A stretch of DNA of 64,000 bases from an uncultured Patescibacteria group bacterium. GTDB lineage: Bacteria; Patescibacteriota; Minisyncoccia; Phycocordibacterales; UBA918. A program made the position numbers and the translations under genes. The DNA is taken from NCBI GenBank assembly GCA_934699595.1, contig CAKUWT010000001.1, positions 7,839 through 71,838 of the forward strand. Direction: 5' to 3'. Of this stretch, positions 57,354 through 64,000 are shown piece after piece. Numbering within the stretch: the stretch's first letter is position 1; every line of letters begins with the position of its first letter. The notes under the pieces were generated by a model that ran no database searches, had not been told where the DNA came from, and worked only from the letters and a program-made list of their open reading frames with translations.

Positions 57354-58388
57354 ATGGCGGTACTTTACTTATCTATGTTTAAATACTTTATTCCAAAGAT
57401 CGGAATTGATTTGGGGACAACTAGCGTCTTGGTTTTTATCCCCGGACAAGGGATTGTTTTGAATGAGCCATCAGTGGTAGCAATTTCTGATCAGAATGAA
57501 GTGCTGGCGGTGGGTGCGGAAGCTAAGAGAATGCTTGGCCGCACTCCTGACGAGATTCGGGCTTATCGTCCCATGAAAGATGGCGTAATTGCAGATTATC
57601 GAATTACTGAGACAATGCTGCGCTATTTCTTGCGGCGAGTTTTGAGTCGATATAATCTTTTTCGTCCGGATGTGATGGTATCGGTACCAGCCGGAGTAAC
57701 TTCTACCGAACGACGTGCTGTAGTGGAAGCGGCTACCCGAGCCGGAGCCAAAAATGCTTATGTAATCAAGGAGCCGATTTTGGCCGCTATCGGTGCAGGA
57801 ATTCCTATTTACGAGCCTCAAGGACACATGATTGTTGATGTGGGTGGGGGTACGATTGATGTGGCGGTAATTTCTCTTGGTGGTATTGTGGCGGCAAATT
57901 CAGTAAAGTGTGCTGGTAATAAAATTGACGCAGCAATAATTGATCATATCAAAAAAACCCGCAACTTAGCCATCGGTGAAAAAACAGCTGAAGAAATTAA
58001 GATTAATATCGGTTCGGCTTTGCCGCTAGAAGAAGAATTGGTCATGGATGTTAATGGTCGTGACCTATTTTCCGGATTGCCACGCACGGCTGAGGTGCGT
58101 ACTAATGAGATCGTCAAAGCCCTTAACAAAGAACTGCGAGAAATGGTGCGCGCTATCAAGGATGTCTTTCAGGCTACGCCGCCAGAACTTGCCTCTGACA
58201 TCATTGATAGTGGGATAATTCTTACGGGCGGTACTTCACAGTTGCGTAATTTTCCTGAGCTAATCCGTCGTCGCACGGGTGTAAAAGCTACCTTGGCTGA
58301 CCAGGCAGTCTTTTGTGTGGCCAAAGGTACAGGGGCAGCGTTGGAACATTTAGATGTCTACAAACGCTCACTACTAACTAAGCGTTAA
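57354..58388 (+). CDS. mreB: rod shape-determining protein MreB
   Basis: actin-fold motifs IGIDLGTT, DVGGGTIDVAV. Confidence 0.9.
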   Translation: MAVLYLSMFKYFIPKIGIDLGTTSVLVFIPGQGIVLNEPSVVAISDQNEVLAVGAEAKRMLGRTPDEIRAYRPMKDGVIADYRITETMLRYFLRRVLSRYNLFRPDVMVSVPAGVTSTERRAVVEAATRAGAKNAYVIKEPILAAIGAGIPIYEPQGHMIVDVGGGTIDVAVISLGGIVAANSVKCAGNKIDAAIIDHIKKTRNLAIGEKTAEEIKINIGSALPLEEELVMDVNGRDLFSGLPRTAEVRTNEIVKALNKELREMVRAIKDVFQATPPELASDIIDSGIILTGGTSQLRNFPELIRRRTGVKATLADQAVFCVAKGTGAALEHLDVYKRSLLTKR

Positions 58389-58507
58389 TTTAGACTTTTT
58401 CCATGAAATTAGGTAAGACCCAGAGGATTACATTCTTTGGGCTTTGCTTAATTACATTGTGTTAAAATGAGCTAATAAGTAGTAGTCAGTTCTGATTCGT
58501 TATCAAC

Positions 58508-61225
58508 ATGAAAGAAAGTCCTAGTTTAAAATTCAATTCCCCTGAAGATGAAATCCGTTATTTGCGCGAGCAGATTGCTCAACAGGAAACAGAACTTAAT
58601 AGATCCGAAGCGCTAATCAATACTCCTCAGGAGTCTCTGCCCGCCTTAAAAACTTTAAAGGAATACAGTGCCTTTACCCCCAAAAGTGTTCTTGGTGAGA
58701 ATTACCAGCTTTCTGATACTGAAATAGACGGTCTGATTACTGATGTTATTAAAACGCCAGGAGATGATGTTGAGAATATTTTACAAATCGCTCACGAGAA
58801 GGGAATCAAAAACGCTCTAACAGTAGTAGAGAAAATCGGAAGCCCATTTTTAATTGATGAGGTGCATATGCGTTTAGTGAATCTAATCCGCAGTGGTGTA
58901 ATACCTCCTGGGCTAAAAGAGAATATTCCGCCATGGCAAGCGTTGCATATGACTCTTTTTGAGGTGCTGTTACCGGAGTTGAAAAAAGAGGAGCAGAGTG
59001 ACCAGGCGGATGTAGTTGGGCGTATGCAACAGTGGTTTACTGGCTTGCGCAATCTTGGGGCTAAAAAATCCGGGAATCACTATGCGATAGAGATAGCTGT
59101 GGCTGATAATAGTGAAGATGTAGTATTCTATCTGGCTGTACCAAGAGACCTGATTGATCTGTTTGAAAAACAGACCCATTCTTTATTCCCCAAAGCCGTT
59201 TTGGTGGAGCAACCTAATGACTATAATATTTTTGTAGAGAACGGCAGTTCGATAGTGAGTGAGGCGCAGCTGAGGAGACACGCTCTGTACCCATTGCGAA
59301 AATTTGATGAACTGCAGGCTGATACTATGGCGATTCTACTAAATGCCTTTTCTAAGATTGAAAAAGCCGGTGGAGGAGCAGCGGTGCAATTTTTGATTAG
59401 ACCGGCACAAAAAGCATACTACCAGGATTTTCAAAACATTATTAAGAAGGTAGAGAAAGGTATTAAACCGAGCGAAGCCATTTCTCAGAGCACAGTGCTA
59501 GGTAGTGTGACGTCGGGTCTTAATGATTTATTTTTTACTAAAAAGAATACTTCTGAATCAGAGGAAAAAACCGTTGATCAAAACGCCTTAGATCTATTCA
59601 ATGGAAAAATATCGGAGGAAATTGTAGAGGTTAATCTCCGACTGGTTGTATCCGCACGCGAAGAACGTCGGGCAAAACAAATTATGCAAGAACTAGAAGC
59701 GGTTTTTAATCAGTTTTCTTATTTAGATGGCAATGAGTTTGTTTTTAAGGTCAAGAAAGGTCTGTCTAAAGAGAGGGGAGAAAGAGACTTTTCTTTTCGC
59801 ACTTTTGACGATAAGAAAATATTACCTTTAAACATTACCGAACTAGCTACCGTTGTGCATTTTCCGCACAATGATTTGGTACCACAATTAAAACAATCAT
59901 TTTCAACCGAGGCTCCAGCCCCGACGATGCTGCCGACTGCGGGCACCTTGTTGGGAGTTAATCGCTATCGTGGTACGGAAAAGATGATCTTCTCTACTCC
60001 AGACGATCGGATTCGTCACTTTTATATCATCGGTCAAACTGGAACCGGTAAAACTACCTTAATGAAGAATATGATCGCACAAGATATCCAACAAGGGAAC
60101 GGGGTCTGTTTTATCGATCCCCACGGCACAGATATTGAGGATATCCTGAGTATCGTGCCAGAAGAACGCTTGTCTGATGTGATCTATTTTGATCCAGCCG
60201 AATTGGATCATCCGCTAGGATTAAATATGCTGGAGTTTGATGTGTCTAAACCAGAACAAAAGACTTTTGTCGTCAATGAGATCTTTTCCATTTTTAAAAA
60301 ATTGTACAGCCATAGTCCTGACAGTATGGGGCCGATGTTTGAGCAGTATTTTCGTAACGCCACTATGTTGGTGCTGGAAGACCCTGAGAGTGGTAGTACT
60401 CTGATGGATGTTAGTCGAGTGTTGGCTGATGCGGATTACCGACATTACAAACTATCGAAAGCAACCAACCCTATAGTGAAACAGTTTTGGTTGGAAATTG
60501 CTGGGCAAGCGGGTGGGGAAGCGTCTCTACAAAACGTCGTACCGTACATAGTCTCTAAATTTGATGTCTTCACTGCCAATGATTATTTGCGACCTATTAT
60601 TGGTCAGCAGCGCTCTGCGTTTAATTTTCGTCAGATCATGGATGAACGAAAGATTCTCTTAGTGAATCTTTCCAAGGGACGGTTAGGTGAAATAAACTCC
60701 AATCTGATTGGGATGATTCTGGTTGGTAAAATCTTAATGGCAGCGCTGTCACGGGCAGATAATCCTGGTGCAGACTTTGCTCCATTTTATTTGCACATGG
60801 ATGAGTTTCAGAATATTTCGACCGATTCTATCTCGGCAATTTTGTCGGAGGCACGTAAGTATAAACTAGGTTTGACATTAGCTCATCAGTTCATTGCTCA
60901 ACTTGATGAGGGGATTAAGGAGGCGGTGTTTGGTAACGTCGGCTCCTTGGCTGCTTTTCGGGTTGGGCCAGGCGATGCCGAGTTTTTATCAAGACAGTTT
61001 GAGCCAGTCTTTAATAGCAACAGTTTAATGAATACTCCCAATCGTCAGGCTTCGGTACGCCTTTTGATGGATGGTGTGCCGGCTCGACCGTTCAGTCTCT
61101 CCACCTTACCACCACCGAAGGGGAATTCTGAACAGAATCTTCGTCTGAAAAAGCTTAGTGCCTTGACTTTTGGTCGACCACGAGCGGAGATTGAAGAAGA
61201 GATTAGATTACGATACTTGAAGTGA
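58508..61225 (+). CDS. VirB4/HerA-like (DUF87) P-loop ATPase
   Basis: Walker A IIGQTGTGKTTL about residue 500, Walker B-like FYLHMDEF, large N-terminal domain. Confidence 0.5.
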   Translation: MKESPSLKFNSPEDEIRYLREQIAQQETELNRSEALINTPQESLPALKTLKEYSAFTPKSVLGENYQLSDTEIDGLITDVIKTPGDDVENILQIAHEKGIKNALTVVEKIGSPFLIDEVHMRLVNLIRSGVIPPGLKENIPPWQALHMTLFEVLLPELKKEEQSDQADVVGRMQQWFTGLRNLGAKKSGNHYAIEIAVADNSEDVVFYLAVPRDLIDLFEKQTHSLFPKAVLVEQPNDYNIFVENGSSIVSEAQLRRHALYPLRKFDELQADTMAILLNAFSKIEKAGGGAAVQFLIRPAQKAYYQDFQNIIKKVEKGIKPSEAISQSTVLGSVTSGLNDLFFTKKNTSESEEKTVDQNALDLFNGKISEEIVEVNLRLVVSAREERRAKQIMQELEAVFNQFSYLDGNEFVFKVKKGLSKERGERDFSFRTFDDKKILPLNITELATVVHFPHNDLVPQLKQSFSTEAPAPTMLPTAGTLLGVNRYRGTEKMIFSTPDDRIRHFYIIGQTGTGKTTLMKNMIAQDIQQGNGVCFIDPHGTDIEDILSIVPEERLSDVIYFDPAELDHPLGLNMLEFDVSKPEQKTFVVNEIFSIFKKLYSHSPDSMGPMFEQYFRNATMLVLEDPESGSTLMDVSRVLADADYRHYKLSKATNPIVKQFWLEIAGQAGGEASLQNVVPYIVSKFDVFTANDYLRPIIGQQRSAFNFRQIMDERKILLVNLSKGRLGEINSNLIGMILVGKILMAALSRADNPGADFAPFYLHMDEFQNISTDSISAILSEARKYKLGLTLAHQFIAQLDEGIKEAVFGNVGSLAAFRVGPGDAEFLSRQFEPVFNSNSLMNTPNRQASVRLLMDGVPARPFSLSTLPPPKGNSEQNLRLKKLSALTFGRPRAEIEEEIRLRYLK

Positions 61226-61295
61226 TTGGTAATACACAGTCCAAACATCCTCAATTGATAATTACATTTACTCACCGTGTTATCATGGTAAGCAT

Positions 61296-63089
61296 ATGGT
61301 ACAGGAGGAAAGTTCTTCAGTCTTGCTGACAGGTTTTGCTTTAGATTCACAGTCTGGTGTGGCTGGGGTTTTACGCGCCATCAGAAAAAGCGAGGCTGAT
61401 AGTCGAACTAAGAATGATCTACGTAATTTGGTTTTGCAGTATACCAGCTCTGGCGGCGATCAGGGTTTGAGAACCGCCCTCGAAGCCAGCTTACAAGCTG
61501 CTGGTATTTCTGAAGCAACTACCCCGCAAACTGATCAATTAGCCAATAAAAAAACAACGACTAGTACTTTTGGTTTTGCAGGCGCCAGACCTCAGCCGGT
61601 GATCAGTTTCTCACAAGCAAAAGCAGCGGCTGAGCCAGTTGTTAAGGCAAAGCCTGAACCGACTCTGGAAAAAGAAACTGTCTCAATAAAACCAGCCTCT
61701 GAACAGGAAGTTCCAGCAAGGGCGGTCACAACTACTGATGATGGGCAGGACACACCTACGAGTACCGTTGTACCTGTACGTGAGGCAAGCGAGGCTGTGA
61801 TTTCTGATGAGGCAATCTCTCCAGCAAGCTCCGCCGCAGTGGGTAAACAAGAAGAGGTTGCCCAGTCAGCAGCAACTATCATGTCTTCTGGTAGTACCGA
61901 GCCGAGCCCGCGCCCAGTGTCACCTGACTTCAATTTTGATAATTATTTAAATAGAATTAAAGAAATTAAGAACGAGATCAATCTCCAGTATGGCAGCCCG
62001 GTCGGTATTGTAAATATTGACGCTGATTTAGGGCATGAGTATATGGCTGCACTGCTTAATGCCATGAAAGAACTTTCTATTGAGAGCAGCGGCTCGGTGC
62101 AAGCAATGGATAGACTGGAGACAATCTTTGCGAAAGTAAAAGCCTTGTCTGATTCCAAGACGTCAGCAGAGATCACGAGCAAACCTTCTCCAGTTAGTCG
62201 AACAGCAGATTCGGCTCCAGATAAAAAGACTGCAGCTACAGCCCCTGATGCGCAGACTAACGAGGCGCCATTGATTAACCGGACTCCACAGAGGGCTGTT
62301 ATTCCTCCACGGCCAGTTGCCAAAACTGTCATCCCAGCTAGTCAAAATGAAGTTCCTAATTCCTTACACTCTCCAAGTCCTGATGTTGACAAAGTATCGA
62401 TTAATGTCGATCACGGCCGTTTCATTGACCGCTCACCACAAACTGATGAAGTTGCTAACAGTTTTAGGGACGATGCCGCAAGGAACTCAGTCAAAGTAAC
62501 TCCTCGAACCACAGCGACTAGATCGAGTTTACAAGACCGTCTACGTGACCTAGAAACCGGTCAGGATATTGGAAGTAGAGAACCTGGGGTTGGATCTGAA
62601 ACATTGATGACTTCAACAAAAACAGACAAGCAAATTACTCCTAACATTATTAGTACTCCGACCTCACTCAACAATTCTAGTCAAGTTAAGTCGGTGATTG
62701 AAGACAGTGCTCCGCTCAAAACCCTGCGAGATTTGCCAAGTGCGGCTGAGGTCGCAGCCGCAAACAGTGGCGGTGACCCACTGTTTAGTGCTGAGGTCAA
62801 CCAGGGGCTTGACCAGCTACTCTCCGAGTGGGTACTCTTTAAAAAGAGCGGGCTGTTTGGCTCTGGACCAAAGGGTGTTCATCATCCTTTATTTAAGAAG
62901 TTAGCCAACATTCAAGTACCGCTACTTTTGGCTGGTCGTTTTGAGGGTGCCACTCAGGAGATTCGTCAGAGTATTACTGACTATATGAACGGCTGGCGTT
63001 ACGAGCAGGGGATTGTTTATGAAAAAGGGGAAACTTTTGAGCAATACCTTCGTCGCGTGATTCGTCACATTATTGATTTACAAAAGTGA
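61296..63089 (+). CDS. hypothetical Ala/Pro/Ser/Thr-rich protein with structured C-terminal domain
   Basis: long low-complexity middle, conserved-looking C-terminal 130 aa. Confidence 0.45.
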   Translation: MVQEESSSVLLTGFALDSQSGVAGVLRAIRKSEADSRTKNDLRNLVLQYTSSGGDQGLRTALEASLQAAGISEATTPQTDQLANKKTTTSTFGFAGARPQPVISFSQAKAAAEPVVKAKPEPTLEKETVSIKPASEQEVPARAVTTTDDGQDTPTSTVVPVREASEAVISDEAISPASSAAVGKQEEVAQSAATIMSSGSTEPSPRPVSPDFNFDNYLNRIKEIKNEINLQYGSPVGIVNIDADLGHEYMAALLNAMKELSIESSGSVQAMDRLETIFAKVKALSDSKTSAEITSKPSPVSRTADSAPDKKTAATAPDAQTNEAPLINRTPQRAVIPPRPVAKTVIPASQNEVPNSLHSPSPDVDKVSINVDHGRFIDRSPQTDEVANSFRDDAARNSVKVTPRTTATRSSLQDRLRDLETGQDIGSREPGVGSETLMTSTKTDKQITPNIISTPTSLNNSSQVKSVIEDSAPLKTLRDLPSAAEVAAANSGGDPLFSAEVNQGLDQLLSEWVLFKKSGLFGSGPKGVHHPLFKKLANIQVPLLLAGRFEGATQEIRQSITDYMNGWRYEQGIVYEKGETFEQYLRRVIRHIIDLQK

Positions 63090-63112
63090 TTTTTCCAGGA
63101 TAATAGAGTGAT

Positions 63113-63757
63113 ATGACTTTTGTACACCATGCGGAAGTATATCGCACTACTGATCGACGAAAAATTACCGCATTAAAGGCCGCTCGAGCAGCCTTTAGTG
63201 AGTTAGAGATTTGTGAGGTGCCGACGGTCGCTATTGACCAAGTGCGGGATCTAATCAGTAGTGCCTACCAAAAACCTTTGAAAGGTGCGCTTAAGACACT
63301 CTTTGTAGTGACTAATAAGTTTAGTCCGCAAGCGGAGCAGGCGTTGTTAAAATTATTAGAAGAACCACCAATCAGTACGAAGTTAGTTTTTTGTGTACCT
63401 AAAACTTTGCAGTTTTTGCCAACTATCAATTCCAGGGTGCAAGAAATGAGCTTCAGTATTTCTACTGGGGACGAGGGGATAAAATTATTTGCAGATTTTC
63501 TAAAAAAAGATTACGCCTCTCGACTTGCATACCTGACCAAAGAGTTGGCCAAAAAGGATCCTGTTTGGGAAAATGATTTTATTAATTCCCTCAGTGACTG
63601 GCTAAATTCTGCCGATTATCAGCGGATAAGTTTGCCAATCCAAACTCGTAAACAGATTTCTAAGTATTTTGGGTATTTATATGGTCCTGGAGCTAGTAAA
63701 AAATTGCTTTTGGAGGCCATTGCTTTAGTGTTACCAGCTGAATTTTCGACAGAATAG
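63113..63757 (+). CDS. holB: DNA polymerase III delta'-like protein (short)
   Basis: LLKLLEEPP and TINSRVQ (SRC-like) motifs; lacks N-terminal P-loop module. Confidence 0.5.
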   Translation: MTFVHHAEVYRTTDRRKITALKAARAAFSELEICEVPTVAIDQVRDLISSAYQKPLKGALKTLFVVTNKFSPQAEQALLKLLEEPPISTKLVFCVPKTLQFLPTINSRVQEMSFSISTGDEGIKLFADFLKKDYASRLAYLTKELAKKDPVWENDFINSLSDWLNSADYQRISLPIQTRKQISKYFGYLYGPGASKKLLLEAIALVLPAEFSTE

Positions 63758-63815
63758 TTTAGTAAATACAAAAATGTTATACTGTGGGAATAATCATTGA
63801 ATTTGAATATTTTTT

Positions 63816-64000
63816 ATGGAAGAAAAACTGAGTAAAAAGTTGGCTGAAGTAGTTAGCTGGCTACAAAAAGAGTTTACTGGAATTCGTACCGGACAAGCTG
63901 CTCCAGCTATTTTAGATAACATCAAAGTCGAGAGTTATGGTACTACCGTTAACTTACAACAGGTGAGCTCAGTTTCAATCGAAGACGCCCGCACCTTACG
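63816..64000 (+). CDS. frr: ribosome recycling factor (5' partial, continues beyond window)
   Basis: N-terminal RRF pattern KEFTGIRTGQAAPAILDNIKVESYG. Confidence 0.8.
   Translation, partial: MEEKLSKKLAEVVSWLQKEFTGIRTGQAAPAILDNIKVESYGTTVNLQQVSSVSIEDARTL

Noticed and set aside
61045-61350. 101-aa minus-strand ORF spanning the VirB4-like gene end and the next gene start
   Set aside because: Overlaps two better-supported + strand genes and has no motifs.

Overview
The window is low-GC, densely packed, mostly housekeeping bacterial DNA. Many proteins are shortened (UvrC without the HhH domain; short ATP-synthase delta and epsilon; UvrA 899 aa) and most genes lack a Shine-Dalgarno, which fits a reduced genome such as a CPR/Saccharibacteria-like lineage. 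This lineage call is an inference.

Core content:
- A DNA-repair-rich stretch: tgt, uvrB, uvrA, compact uvrC, a umuD-like peptidase and a Y-family polymerase, and fpg.
- A complete F0F1 ATP synthase operon (atpB-E-F-H-A-G-D-C).
- pgi, a DEAD-box helicase, hpf, fmt, def, a priA with degenerate helicase motifs, murA, mreB, a truncated delta'-like protein and the start of frr.

Most unusual region: a roughly 7.2 kb AT-rich island (about 44072..51309) inserted at a tRNA-Asn(GUU) gene.
- It is bounded by a 13-nt direct repeat of the tRNA 3' end and carries a decayed serine-recombinase remnant.
- Its cargo is a small excisionase-family HTH gene followed by a translationally coupled two-gene module.
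- Gene one is a 1161-aa fusion of a PLD (HKD) nuclease domain with an SNF2-family helicase.
- Gene two is a 989-aa Eco57I/gamma-class N6-adenine DNA methyltransferase with a target-recognition region.
- This looks like a restriction-modification or defense system with DISARM-like parts (PLD plus SNF2 plus adenine MTase) but without DrmA/DrmB. It also resembles a split Type ISP/III-like enzyme in which a PLD nuclease replaces the usual PD-ExK or Mrr nuclease. It is the main candidate for a novel system here.

Other notable loci:
- An extracytosolic flavinylation module: ApbE, an FMN-binding-domain protein, and an RnfD/NqrB-like membrane domain fused to an FNR-type NAD(P)H/FAD reductase.
- A processive GT2 synthase (QxxRW) flanked by two GH18-family proteins, one of which sits between umuD and umuC.
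- A stand-alone voltage-sensor-like 4-TM protein with an RxxR x5 S4 helix.
- A glutaredoxin-MauE-like fusion.
- Several strong palindromes and terminators.

No rRNA or CRISPR array was seen.
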